Shown one piece after another: positions 1-10,010 of a stretch of 64,000 bases of DNA (position 1 is its first letter; each line of letters opens with the position of its first letter). The notes under the pieces are model-generated. The model had not been told where the DNA came from and made no database searches. It was given only the letters and a program-made list of their open reading frames with translations. Both the position numbers and the translations under genes were made by a program. Origin of the DNA: Marinicella sp. GTDB taxonomy: Bacteria; Pseudomonadota; Gammaproteobacteria; Xanthomonadales; Marinicellaceae. The stretch is taken from positions 1,344,001 through 1,408,000 of the forward strand of contig OZ246001.1 in assembly GCA_965230295.1 (NCBI GenBank). Direction: 5' to 3'.

Positions 1-897
1 GCCTTTTTGGCTGCTAAAAATTTGGGTGAAGTGGATGCTGTGATCAATGTATATTTAGCCCAATCAGCATTCAGCCTTGAACAGTATCAATTAACTTTAG
101 ATGCTTTGAACAGTGCCGGTGAGGCGGTGGCGAAAATCCCATCGGTTTATCACATGCGCGGCCAGGCCCATTGGCTACTTAAACAACACAACATGGCCAT
201 GGCTGTGATGGATCAAGCCAGTTTGATCTTTCCTGATGACGCTTCATTTCAGCGCCGCAAAATATTTTACTTGATCGAACTGGGGTTGAATTCTACGGCA
301 GCTGAGCTGGGATTGAAATACCTGGAACAACACCAAGCCGATGCCAGTGATTATGTCGGTATTGGTAATGCCCTCCGAGTCTCAGGCAACTTGATCCTGG
401 CCTTGCGGTTTTTGGAACAAGCCAAATTGAAGTTCCCTCATAACACTGACATCATTAAAGCGTTGGCGGCTACCTACATCAGCAATCAGTCTTACCACTC
501 AGCGGCCCAATTGGTGCACCAATTGGCCCTGACTGAACCAGCCTTGCTCAGTGAAGCCGCTGAACTGTACCGCCGAGCAGGTCAACGACACATGGCTTTG
601 ACTTTGAACAGTTTGGTTGAAAATCAAGAAGATAAGATGAAACAACGGTTGGGTTTATTGATTGAATTAGCCAATTACGATCAAGCTGCAAGCATGGAAC
701 AGGACATCAAACGCACCCGCATAGACAGTGATGAAAACATCCAGTATGCCATGGCCTATGCTTTGTTCAAAGTCGGTGAATATGACCGCGCAGAACACTA
801 CCTGTCTCGCATCACCGATACTCAATTGTTCCAAAAAGCCGCAGAAGTCAGAAAAATCATGGCTGATTGCGAAACCGAACATTGGCGTTGTCAGTGA
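1..897 (+). CDS. Tetratricopeptide-repeat protein, probably 5'-truncated by the window edge; likely the TPR partner of a TonB/ExbBD cluster
   Basis: Repeated helical TPR-like units (HMRGQAHWLL, YAMAYALFKVGEYDRAEHYL). Lies directly upstream of a TonB-dependent receptor. Confidence 0.75.
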   Translation, partial: AFLAAKNLGEVDAVINVYLAQSAFSLEQYQLTLDALNSAGEAVAKIPSVYHMRGQAHWLLKQHNMAMAVMDQASLIFPDDASFQRRKIFYLIELGLNSTAAELGLKYLEQHQADASDYVGIGNALRVSGNLILALRFLEQAKLKFPHNTDIIKALAATYISNQSYHSAAQLVHQLALTEPALLSEAAELYRRAGQRHMALTLNSLVENQEDKMKQRLGLLIELANYDQAASMEQDIKRTRIDSDENIQYAMAYALFKVGEYDRAEHYLSRITDTQLFQKAAEVRKIMADCETEHWRCQ

Positions 898-940
898 CCA
901 CCTAACCAATTCATAAAACAGCTAAAAAACCGTCAACCTT

Positions 941-3900
941 ATGAACAGAATGAAGAATAAATGGGTCCTTGCCATCAGTTTGCTGATGACCACCTGGGCA
1001 GCACTGGCTGAAGACGCCACCATTAACATCTATGTGTTTCTTAAAGGCAGCCCATTGAGCCAAATTGACATCTATACCGATGATCAGTTGTTGGGCAGCA
1101 CCGACGCCAGTGGGTTGGCCAAAGTCTTGGTTGCTGCTGGCGATAAATCCCTGGTATTTAAAAATGGTTCGGAAACATTGTATGAGTACCCAGTTATCCT
1201 CTTGCCAAACGAACTGTTGCAGTTGCTGGTGGATTTCAAAATTGCTGGAGATCCCAGCCCTTTGGTTGATGTTGAAAGCTCCGTGGACAAATCCGCAGTC
1301 ACCACTGTTGCTACCGAAACTGCTGTTGATACGCCCATCGTTCCTATCATTGGGGTGATCACAGATGCAGAAAACCAGCGTCCAATAGTCGGTGCCAAGG
1401 TGTATATTTCGGGACGCTCGGAACATTTGGTGACCGATGCCGATGGTCGTTTCAGTACCGAAGTGAATGCTGGGTCTTATAACATCAGTGTGCTTCATGC
1501 TCAGTTCAACAGTCAAATCAAAAATAACCTCGATATCTCCAATCCGGATGCCAATGAAGTCAATATCGAATTGACCCCTGCCGGCGCAGAATTACCCGAG
1601 TTTGTGGTGGTTGAGCCCTTCATTGAAGGTTCCCTGGCTTCGGTGCTGGAAGAGCGCCGAGCGAATAATTCTGTGGCCAACTATTTGAGCATGGAACAAA
1701 TCAGCAAATCCGGTGATTCAGATGCAGCAGGGGCATTGAAGCGGGTGACTGGCTTAACCTTGGTTGACGGTAAATTCATCTTTATTCGTGGCTTGGGTGA
1801 ACGCTACTCAAGTACCTTGCTCAATGGGGCCAATTTACCGAGCCCAGACCCCACCCGTCGGGTCGTACCATTGGATTTATTCCCGACCAGCATCATTGAA
1901 TCGATTGAAGTACAAAAAGGTTATGCGGCCCATTTACCGGCAGAGTTTGGTGGCGGATCGGTGGTATTGAGAACCATCAACGTGCCAGATGAAAATTTCT
2001 TGAATGTTGGCATCTCTTATGGTCATAACAGTCAAACCACCGGTAAAAAGGGACTGAAATACAACGGCGGTGGAAGTGATTGGACCGGATTTGATGACGG
2101 TTCCAGGGCCTTACCCAGGGTCTTGGCTGATGCCATTGCTGGTGACACCGAACTGCGCCCCAATAATCCGTTTTTTGATGGTGGGTTCTCACCTGAAGAA
2201 TTGGAATTGTTTGGAGAGTCTTTGAACACCAATTACGACCTGCGTTTTGCTGACATCGATCCAGGAATGGGGTTTGATGCTGCCGGCGGCATGCGCTTTG
2301 ATCTAGATTCAGGAATGGCACTGGGTTTCTCCGCGGCACTTGAATATGGCAATGATTTTCAAACCCGTTCGGAACTCAGGCGCAGCTACAACATTTCAAG
2401 TGGTAGCGAATTGGGGTTGGAAAGTGAAGAGGTTTCAACCACCACAACCCGAGGCATCAATGCCAGCGGGTTTTTGACCACTGGGATAGAGTTTAATGAC
2501 TTACACCAACTTTCTGCCAATTACATGTTATTGCGCAGCACCCAGGACTTTTCTGAACAAGCCGAAGGGTTCAATGAAGATTTGGGTAACTCCAGGCGCA
2601 TTTCGGAATTACGCTGGTCAGAACGAGACCTGGCTTCTTTGCAAGTATTTGGTGAGCACAGCTACCCGGTCTTCAATGACTTACAACTGAAATGGCAATA
2701 CACCGATTCAGAAGCCACGTTTGACGAACCCGATAACCGGATTTATCGGTACGACCAACGTGATGAAGGGGATTTTGTATTCTCAACCAGAAATGACAGC
2801 AACTCTCGGGTGTTCAGAGAGCTGATCGATGAAAGTCGCAACATCCGTCATGATTGGTCACTGCCCATCACCTTTGGTAATCACCATGACTTTTTGTTTC
2901 AGTTTGGACAGAACTGGGTTAAAAAAGAACGCAATTCTGACATCAGACGCTTCGTTTTTGAAGATGTTGGACCCTTGGCCAATCAAGTCGATCGTACAGA
3001 TCCATTGAGTGGTATTTTGAACCCGGATTTTATCGACCCCACTGGTTACCAGTTAATTGAAGTGACACGATCGACCGATAACTATTTTGCCAATCTAGAC
3101 ATCAAAGGCACCTATTACGGTATTGATTATGCCTACAAAGAAAATCTGAGGTTCACATTGGGTGCACGGCACGAAACTTTTGATCAATCAGTGACCACTT
3201 TCCGATTGTTTGATCCTGACCAAAGTCCCATCACTGCCAGCCTGGCCGATGACGATTGGTTCCCAGCCTTCTCATCAACCTGGATCATGAACGATTCGCA
3301 CCAATTCCGCTTTAACTTCTCGGAAACAGCAACCAGGCCAGACTTCAAAGAATTGTCGCCTGCACAGTTCAAAGACCCCGTTTTGAACCGAAATGTGATT
3401 GGAAACCCGGATTTGGTGGTCGGTAAAATCACCCATTATGATTTGCGCTGGGACAAGTATTTTTCTCCTGGTGAGTTTGTTTCATTGAGCCTGTTTTACA
3501 AAGAATTTGAAAACCCCATTGAGGTGGCGATTTTCCCGGGCACATCAAACATCATCAGTTTTCAAAATGCCTTGGCTGCAGAAAACACTGGAATTGAGCT
3601 CGAAGTGTATAAAGATTTCTCGTTCTTCGGAGATCGTTTTGCCAACTTTTATGTCAGTGCCAATTACGCATACATCGATTCTGAAATTCAATTGAATACA
3701 GACGGTCCTTCTGGTCAAACCAACAACACCCGACCCTTGCAAGGCCAGTCTCCTTATGTGGCGAATGTGCAGTTGGGTTATGACAACAAAGACCGCGGCA
3801 TCAGCGCCTCTCTGTTGTTCAACAAATTTGGAGAACGGATTTCTGAAGCCGGCACCAGTGGACGGCCAGATATCTACGAACAACCTTTCAATCAAGTGGA

Positions 3901-4060
3901 TTTTGTTTATTCACATGCTTTTGCAAGGCGATGGAAAATCAGCTTCAAAGCGCAAAACCTGCTTGATGATGAAGTGGTTTTTCTGCAAGGTGAAGAAATT
4001 ACCCGCACCTTTACCCGCGGCAGAAGCTTCAGTTTAGGCATTTCTTTTGATGTTTTCTGA
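941..4060 (+). CDS. TonB-dependent outer-membrane receptor with N-terminal carboxypeptidase-regulatory-like extension
   Basis: Signal peptide, GVITDAENQRPIVGAKV domain, plug motif IRGLGERYSSTLLNG, barrel motifs (RPDFKEL, GNPDL, NLLD) and terminal Phe. Confidence 0.93.
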   Translation: MNRMKNKWVLAISLLMTTWAALAEDATINIYVFLKGSPLSQIDIYTDDQLLGSTDASGLAKVLVAAGDKSLVFKNGSETLYEYPVILLPNELLQLLVDFKIAGDPSPLVDVESSVDKSAVTTVATETAVDTPIVPIIGVITDAENQRPIVGAKVYISGRSEHLVTDADGRFSTEVNAGSYNISVLHAQFNSQIKNNLDISNPDANEVNIELTPAGAELPEFVVVEPFIEGSLASVLEERRANNSVANYLSMEQISKSGDSDAAGALKRVTGLTLVDGKFIFIRGLGERYSSTLLNGANLPSPDPTRRVVPLDLFPTSIIESIEVQKGYAAHLPAEFGGGSVVLRTINVPDENFLNVGISYGHNSQTTGKKGLKYNGGGSDWTGFDDGSRALPRVLADAIAGDTELRPNNPFFDGGFSPEELELFGESLNTNYDLRFADIDPGMGFDAAGGMRFDLDSGMALGFSAALEYGNDFQTRSELRRSYNISSGSELGLESEEVSTTTTRGINASGFLTTGIEFNDLHQLSANYMLLRSTQDFSEQAEGFNEDLGNSRRISELRWSERDLASLQVFGEHSYPVFNDLQLKWQYTDSEATFDEPDNRIYRYDQRDEGDFVFSTRNDSNSRVFRELIDESRNIRHDWSLPITFGNHHDFLFQFGQNWVKKERNSDIRRFVFEDVGPLANQVDRTDPLSGILNPDFIDPTGYQLIEVTRSTDNYFANLDIKGTYYGIDYAYKENLRFTLGARHETFDQSVTTFRLFDPDQSPITASLADDDWFPAFSSTWIMNDSHQFRFNFSETATRPDFKELSPAQFKDPVLNRNVIGNPDLVVGKITHYDLRWDKYFSPGEFVSLSLFYKEFENPIEVAIFPGTSNIISFQNALAAENTGIELEVYKDFSFFGDRFANFYVSANYAYIDSEIQLNTDGPSGQTNNTRPLQGQSPYVANVQLGYDNKDRGISASLLFNKFGERISEAGTSGRPDIYEQPFNQVDFVYSHAFARRWKISFKAQNLLDDEVVFLQGEEITRTFTRGRSFSLGISFDVF

Positions 4061-4078
4061 TTTCCTGCAAATCAATGG

Positions 4079-4107
4079 TTGTAATTCAATGTCAAACTCA
4101 ATATATT
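4079..4107 (+). promoter_or_regulatory. Putative sigma70 promoter of the thr operon (TTGTAA-N17-TATATT)
   Basis: Near-consensus hexamers with a 17-nt spacer; -10 lies 6 nt before the thrL ATG. Confidence 0.6.
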
Positions 4108-4113
4108 AGGGCC

Positions 4114-4176
4114 ATGCAAAACAGAATTGGCACAACCACAACCATTACCACAAGACAAAAACAGGTCATGTGCTGA
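4114..4176 (+). CDS. thrL: thr operon leader peptide MQNRIGTTTTITTRQKQVMC
   Basis: Read directly from the sequence: 20 codons with 6 Thr and 2 Ile, followed by a terminator hairpin, upstream of thrA. Not in the ORF track. Confidence 0.92.
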   Translation: MQNRIGTTTTITTRQKQVMC

Positions 4177-4192
4177 TTCGTTGAACTTTTTG

Positions 4193-4233
4193 AAAAAGCC
4201 CGTGACTTGGAAACAACTCACGGGCTTTTTTTT
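4193..4233 (+). terminator. thr attenuator terminator
   Basis: AAAAAGCCCGTGA-loop-TCACGGGC followed by a T-run, between thrL and thrA. Confidence 0.9.
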
Positions 4234-4263
4234 ACGCCAAAGTACGGCAATACAGATAAAACT

Positions 4264-6711
4264 ATGAAAGTGATGAAATTTGGTGGCTCTTCCCTGGCCA
4301 CAGCTGAAAAATTCAACCATGTGGTTGACTTGATAGAACAACAACAGCAACCCCTGTGTGCCGTGTTTTCAGCACCGCAAGGCATCACCAATGATTTGGT
4401 GGTTTTGATTGAGCTGATCAACCAACACCAAGAGCTGACCGCTCAACTGGATCTGATCAGCCAAAAGCTGTTAACCATCAGTACCGACTGTGCTGCCATC
4501 CGGGTCGATTTTGATGCCAGCAAGAGCCAACAACAAACCACCAATTTATTGGAACAACTGCGAACCTGGGCGCAAGGCAGCGCCATGATTGGCCATTGTC
4601 CAAAAACCACTGCGGCCCAAATCCTATCTACCGGTGAAAAATTCAGCACCTTGTTGGTGGCTACCCTGTTGCGCACCAAAAACCCAGTGACTGTATTAGA
4701 CCCCAGGCAGTTTATCTTCTCCGAGGATGATGCCGAAGAACCCATCGCTGATCTGGAACGCAGTGCCACTGCCTTCAAGCAGCATTACCCGGCACTGACT
4801 GACTTATCGGTGATGCCCGGATTTTATGGTGTTAACCCAGATGGAGAGTTGATCACTCTAGGGCGCAATGGCTCTGATTACTCTGCGGCCATATTGTCGG
4901 TCTGTGTAGCAGCAGCTGCTTGTGAAATCTGGACCGATGTCGACGGCATTTACAGCGTCGATCCCCGCTTGGTGGAACAAGCTCAGATGATTGAACAAAT
5001 GTCCTATCAGGAAGCCATGGAGTTGTCTTACTTTGGCGCCAAAGTTTTACATCCCAAAACCATCACCCCACTGGCCAAACACCAAATCAAGTGTGTGATC
5101 AAGAACACCCTCAAACCCAACCACCACGGCACTGTCATTTCAGCCGAAACCGACCAGCACAAAGCAGTCAAAGCCATTTCAAACCTGTCCGATGTCGCCA
5201 TGATCAACGTTTCGGGACCTGGCATGAAAGGCATGGTGGGCATGGCTGCCAGGGTTTTTGCAGCCATGAGTGAAGCCAATATATCAGTGATTCTGATCAG
5301 CCAATCCTCATCAGAATACAGCATCAGTTTTTGTGTCCCTGGTAACGAAGCCCAACGCGCCATACGCCACTTGAACACAGCTTTCAGGCTAGAACTGAAA
5401 AATGGTTTGTTAGAGCCCATTGATTGTCGTGATAACTTGGCCATCATCACCCTGATCGGTGATCGCATGCACCAACAAAAAGGCACCGCCAGTCGTTTTT
5501 TCAGCGCCCTTTCACACGCCCGGGTCAACATCATCGCCATTGCACAGGACTCTTCTGAGCGCAGCATATCAGCCGTGGTCAGATCAAAAAGGGTCGATGA
5601 TGCCGTGGTGATTTGTCACCAACAACTGTTCTTGAAGAAACCCAGAATTGATGCCTTCCTGATCGGCTGTGGTACCGTTGGTAAAGAATTGATCCAGCAA
5701 ATCAAAAAACAACAAGCTTGGTTACAAGATAAAAACATTGAATTGAATCTGGTAGGCATCGCCAACAGCAAGCAATGTTTACTCAAAGGCCAAGGCATCG
5801 ATCTTTCTGATTGGCAAGCTCAACTGACGGCTTGTGATGAAGGTTTGTCATTAGATCGCTTGAAACAGTTTGTGCGATCAGCACACTTGACCAACCCGGT
5901 GATCATCGACTGCACCAGTAACCAAGACATTGCCATGAATTACCTGAGTTATTTAGCCGCCAACTTTCATGTGGTGACTGCCAATAAAAAAGCCAACACT
6001 GAAAGCCTGGAGTATTATCATCAGCTGCACGACATGGCTGCACAAAGACAACGGCGATTCCTGTATGAAACCAATGTAGGTGCCGGACTACCCGTTATAG
6101 ACAACTTACAAAGCTTGCTAAGAGCGGGTGATGAATTGTTGCAATTTGAAGGCATACTGTCAGGATCTTTGTCCTACATCTTTGGCGAAATCCACCAAGG
6201 CTTGAGCTTGTCAGAAGCCACTCAGAAAGCCAGAGATTTGGGTTATACCGAGCCCAACCCAGCCGAAGATTTGAACGGCATGGATGTGGCCCGAAAAGTG
6301 TTGGTGATTGCCCGCGAAGCTGGTATGCCTTTGGAATTGTCTGATGTGGATTTACAGCCAGTGGTCCCTGAAGCATTGGCTGCCATCACCGATGGTGATG
6401 AGTTCATGACCAAGCTGCCCGATTATGACGCAGAATTTCAACAAATGATTGACGATGCAGAGGGTCAACAACAGAAACTGCGTTATGTGGCGGTCATCAA
6501 AGACAACCAATGTGCGGTTAAAATATTACCGGTGGATAAAACCCATCCTTTGTATGAAATTGAAGCGGGTGAAAATGCCTTGGCCATCAACACCCAGTAC
6601 TACCAACCCAAACCATTCATCATCCGGGGTTACGGCGCCGGTGCAGCCGTGACTGCGGCAGGCATGTTTGGCGACTTATTGAGAACCCTGGCCTGGGAAC
6701 AGGAACACTGA
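4264..6711 (+). CDS. thrA: Bifunctional aspartokinase I / homoserine dehydrogenase I
   Basis: MKVMKFGGSS, LGRNGSDYSA, WTDVDG, two ACT domains, GCGTVG, YETNVGAGLP, GYGAG. Start moved to ATG 4264. Confidence 0.97.
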   Translation: MKVMKFGGSSLATAEKFNHVVDLIEQQQQPLCAVFSAPQGITNDLVVLIELINQHQELTAQLDLISQKLLTISTDCAAIRVDFDASKSQQQTTNLLEQLRTWAQGSAMIGHCPKTTAAQILSTGEKFSTLLVATLLRTKNPVTVLDPRQFIFSEDDAEEPIADLERSATAFKQHYPALTDLSVMPGFYGVNPDGELITLGRNGSDYSAAILSVCVAAAACEIWTDVDGIYSVDPRLVEQAQMIEQMSYQEAMELSYFGAKVLHPKTITPLAKHQIKCVIKNTLKPNHHGTVISAETDQHKAVKAISNLSDVAMINVSGPGMKGMVGMAARVFAAMSEANISVILISQSSSEYSISFCVPGNEAQRAIRHLNTAFRLELKNGLLEPIDCRDNLAIITLIGDRMHQQKGTASRFFSALSHARVNIIAIAQDSSERSISAVVRSKRVDDAVVICHQQLFLKKPRIDAFLIGCGTVGKELIQQIKKQQAWLQDKNIELNLVGIANSKQCLLKGQGIDLSDWQAQLTACDEGLSLDRLKQFVRSAHLTNPVIIDCTSNQDIAMNYLSYLAANFHVVTANKKANTESLEYYHQLHDMAAQRQRRFLYETNVGAGLPVIDNLQSLLRAGDELLQFEGILSGSLSYIFGEIHQGLSLSEATQKARDLGYTEPNPAEDLNGMDVARKVLVIAREAGMPLELSDVDLQPVVPEALAAITDGDEFMTKLPDYDAEFQQMIDDAEGQQQKLRYVAVIKDNQCAVKILPVDKTHPLYEIEAGENALAINTQYYQPKPFIIRGYGAGAAVTAAGMFGDLLRTLAWEQEH

Positions 6712-6712
6712 A

Positions 6713-7663
6713 ATGCATGAAGTAACAGAAGTATTTGCCCCGGTATCCATTGGTAATGTCAGTGTCGGGTTTGATTCCTTGGGTTTGGCATTGAGGCCGA
6801 CTGATGGCCGCTTATTGGGCGATGTGGTGCAGGTTGAACTGAACAACCATGAAAGTACATTTTGCTTACAAGGAGATTTTGCTGACCGCTTGCCCAAAGA
6901 CAAAGAATCGAACATTGTATGGGATGTGTTGGTGGCCTATGAAACCGCGCTCCAGAAACAAAACATCAAGCCAGTGAATATACAGATAACGCTGAAAAAG
7001 AACATCCCGGTATGCAGCGGCTTGGGTTCCAGCGCGTGCTCAGTGGTGGCTGCCTTTGTGGCCTTGAATGAATTTTATGGGCGGCCTTTTGATGACAATC
7101 AGCTGCTGAAATTGATGGGTCAGGCCGAGGCTAAAATCAGCGGATCTTTGCATTATGACAATGTCGCACCCTGTTTTTTGGGCGGTATGCAGTTGATGCT
7201 ACATGACCAGAGTCAAGTGGCGTTATCACTGCCACTGTTTGAACACATTTATTGGGTGTTGGCTTACCCTGATGTGGTGGTCAGTACACAGGCTGCCCGT
7301 GTGTTGCTGCCACCCAAGTATGACCGTTCTACCTTGATCCGTTTTGGCCAAAACCTGGCCGGTTTTGTCGCGGCCTGCTACCAGCAAGACCAGGATTTGG
7401 CCTTTGCTTTATTGAAAGACGAAATTGCTGAGCCGTATCGAGCTGAATTGCTGCCCAATTTTCATCAAACCAAAAACCAGATGCTGGCCATGAACAGCCT
7501 GGCTGTAGGTATTTCCGGATCTGGACCTACCTTGTTCTCCGCTTGTGGAGATCTTGAGTCGGCCCAACACCAGGCAGCGTGGTTACAAGCAAATTACTTA
7601 CAGACAGAATACGGTTTTGTCGCCATCTGCCAAGCCGATGCCGATGGCACACGAACCCTTTAA
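6713..7663 (+). CDS. thrB: Homoserine kinase
   Basis: GNVSVGFDSLG, GHMP motif PVCSGLGSSA, HYDNVAP, ISGSGPT. Confidence 0.97.
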   Translation: MHEVTEVFAPVSIGNVSVGFDSLGLALRPTDGRLLGDVVQVELNNHESTFCLQGDFADRLPKDKESNIVWDVLVAYETALQKQNIKPVNIQITLKKNIPVCSGLGSSACSVVAAFVALNEFYGRPFDDNQLLKLMGQAEAKISGSLHYDNVAPCFLGGMQLMLHDQSQVALSLPLFEHIYWVLAYPDVVVSTQAARVLLPPKYDRSTLIRFGQNLAGFVAACYQQDQDLAFALLKDEIAEPYRAELLPNFHQTKNQMLAMNSLAVGISGSGPTLFSACGDLESAQHQAAWLQANYLQTEYGFVAICQADADGTRTL

Positions 7664-7674
7664 GGAAACCCACC

Positions 7675-8964
7675 ATGAAACTGAATAACCTCAAAGATGC
7701 TGACCAAATTGTCGATTTTGCCACCGCAGTCAAAACGGGCCTAGGCAACCAACAAGGCTTGTTTTTTCCTGCGAAGATCCCCCAGCTGGACAACATTGAT
7801 GAGTTGTTGGCCATGTCCACCCAAGCTCGAAACTTTTTCATCCTGAGGCCTTTTGTTCACGAAAACATTGACGATGACACCCTCAGGGAAATCATCGAAA
7901 TGACGTATGCTTTTCCATCACCGTTGAAAGCTGTGAACGGTCAGGTGCATTGTCTGGAATTATTTCATGGCCCGACACTGGCATTCAAAGACTTTGGCGC
8001 CCGCTTTATGGCCAATTGCTTACAACATTTCAGCACACAACAAGAAACAGGTAACGAAAAAATCACCATCCTGACTGCCACCTCTGGAGACACTGGCGCT
8101 GCAGTGGCGCATGCTTTTCATGGTTTGGACAACATTGAAGTGGTGATTTTGTTCCCCAAAGGCAAAATCAGTGAGCTGCAACAAAAAATGTTCACAACCT
8201 TGTCTGGTAACATCCGCACCATTGCGATAGATGGGGCTTTTGATGACTGTCAAAAACTGGTCAAACAAAGTTTTGATGACCTTGAACTGGTTCAGCAAGT
8301 GGGATTGAATTCGGCCAATTCGATCAACGTCAGTCGCTTGTTTGCACAGGTTTGTTACTATTTTGATGCACTGGCACAACTACCCTCAGCACAGCGTTCG
8401 CAAGCTGTGGTGGCTGTTCCCAGCGGTAATTTTGGTAACCTGTGTGCCGGCATCATCGCCAAAACCATGGGGTTACCGATCAAGCGATTCATCGCTTCTA
8501 CCAACCTCAATGACACCGTACCGCGTTACCTCAAAGACGGTGTTTGGGCTCCCAATGAAACGGTAGAAACTTTATCAAATGCCATGGATGTCAGTAAACC
8601 CAACAACTGGCCGCGCATAGAATACTTGATTGAGTCAGGACAATTTGACCGTGAACTGCTGTCAGGCTTATCGGTTGATGAAGCGGCCACTGCCGAAACT
8701 TTGAAGGACTTACATCGACAAGGCTACATCAGTGAGCCCCATGCAGCCGTTGCATACCAGGGCATCATTGGTCAACTGAAAGCCGAAGAAGTTGGCATCT
8801 TTTTGGGCACCGCCCACCCGGCCAAATTCAAAAGCACCGTAGAGGACATTTTAAAGCTTGAATTACCCCTGCCAAGGGCCATTGCTGAATGTGCAGAAAA
8901 ACCTGATTTGTCCTACAGCATAGAACCGGATTTTGCTGCACTGAAAGACTTTTTGTTGCCTTAA
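7675..8964 (+). CDS. thrC: Threonine synthase
   Basis: LELFHGPTLAFKDFG, ATSGDTG, NSANSIN, VPSGNFGN, TAHPAKF. AAGGA RBS precedes ATG 7675. Confidence 0.97.
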   Translation: MKLNNLKDADQIVDFATAVKTGLGNQQGLFFPAKIPQLDNIDELLAMSTQARNFFILRPFVHENIDDDTLREIIEMTYAFPSPLKAVNGQVHCLELFHGPTLAFKDFGARFMANCLQHFSTQQETGNEKITILTATSGDTGAAVAHAFHGLDNIEVVILFPKGKISELQQKMFTTLSGNIRTIAIDGAFDDCQKLVKQSFDDLELVQQVGLNSANSINVSRLFAQVCYYFDALAQLPSAQRSQAVVAVPSGNFGNLCAGIIAKTMGLPIKRFIASTNLNDTVPRYLKDGVWAPNETVETLSNAMDVSKPNNWPRIEYLIESGQFDRELLSGLSVDEAATAETLKDLHRQGYISEPHAAVAYQGIIGQLKAEEVGIFLGTAHPAKFKSTVEDILKLELPLPRAIAECAEKPDLSYSIEPDFAALKDFLLP

Positions 8965-9010
8965 TAAGAGTCACTTGACTTCAATAAGATGGCTTTATGG
9001 AAATAAATAC

Positions 9011-9042
9011 AGTTGGGAACAAACCATTGATTGCTCCCAACT
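9011..9042. terminator. Hairpin between convergent thrC and XRE gene
   Basis: AGTTGGGA...TCCCAACT inverted repeat with a large loop and no clear U-tail. Confidence 0.35.
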
Positions 9043-9072
9043 TCACACATCAATTTGTTTCTTTAAATTACC

Positions 9073-9783
9073 TTATGCAGATCTGAACTGAAAACCAAAA
9101 GCAAACATAAAAGCACCGGCCACGATTAACATCATGCCCAGTGATGACACCAAGTCATTTTTCATGGAGTCCAGGTCTTTTTCCTCTCTGAACTCATAGA
9201 CCCGTCGACCACCAGCCACATCTGCAATGAATACATTGCCCTCATAATGAGGCAAAGTAAGAAACACCATGTTTAGCCGCTGGCGGTTATTCTTGATCCG
9301 AACTTCAGCTTCTTCTTGTGATTCATTCAGCGCCCTTATGGGATTCTTATCAAACTGATAGATCGTTTCACCCACAGCAATGATGCCTGGAGACTCATAG
9401 ATGTATTCAGATTCTGCAAAGAATATGCCTTGACCACCCATAAAGAACAAACCAATTCCCAACACAACCACCAATGAAGCCATCGTAAATCGACGCTTTA
9501 GTAAGCGATTTTGCTTTTCTTTGACTGAGGCATACTCTGCTGCGACTTCAGGAATGTGAGTTAAATGCTGATCAATGTATGACTGGCTGAGGCTGTTTAT
9601 TAAATCCATTCCAGACATGTCAAAGGCCTGAGCTATTTTATGAATCACCTCATAGGATGGGGTACCTTTGTCGTTTTCTAATTTAGACAAATAGGACTGT
9701 TCAATGCCTGTTTTACCGGCCAACTCGGGTTGGGTTAAGTTTTCTGATGTTCTGAGTAATTTTATTTTTTCACTGAGTTTCAT
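9073..9783 (-). CDS. XRE-family HTH protein with two transmembrane helices and a periplasmic loop
   Basis: N-terminal LTQPELAGKTGIEQSYLSKLEND HTH; hydrophobic segments near aa 100-122 and at the C-terminus. Confidence 0.8.
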   Translation of the reverse strand: MKLSEKIKLLRTSENLTQPELAGKTGIEQSYLSKLENDKGTPSYEVIHKIAQAFDMSGMDLINSLSQSYIDQHLTHIPEVAAEYASVKEKQNRLLKRRFTMASLVVVLGIGLFFMGGQGIFFAESEYIYESPGIIAVGETIYQFDKNPIRALNESQEEAEVRIKNNRQRLNMVFLTLPHYEGNVFIADVAGGRRVYEFREEKDLDSMKNDLVSSLGMMLIVAGAFMFAFGFQFRSA

Positions 9784-9923
9784 GATAATCCAAATTTTAT
9801 TGAGAGCTTATATTCTTAGCTGTCATAACAGGAATATACAGATGAATATATGCACATATCAACGAATTTAAGGAATACCTTCGCGACTTTTTTCTGTTTA
9901 TTCATTTTAAGGGTATAAATCAA

Positions 9924-10006
9924 GTCATTGCGGGGCAGGAACAACCACGGCAATCCCATAACTACTATCCAGATTCAGGAGATTACTTCACTGCGTTTGC
10001 AATGAC
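9924..10006. repeat. Degenerate GTCATTGCG...GCAATGAC REP-like doublet
   Basis: Terminal inverted GTCATTGC/GCAATGAC with internal GGCAATCC/GAGATTAC arms. Confidence 0.55.
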
Positions 10007-10010
10007 AAGT

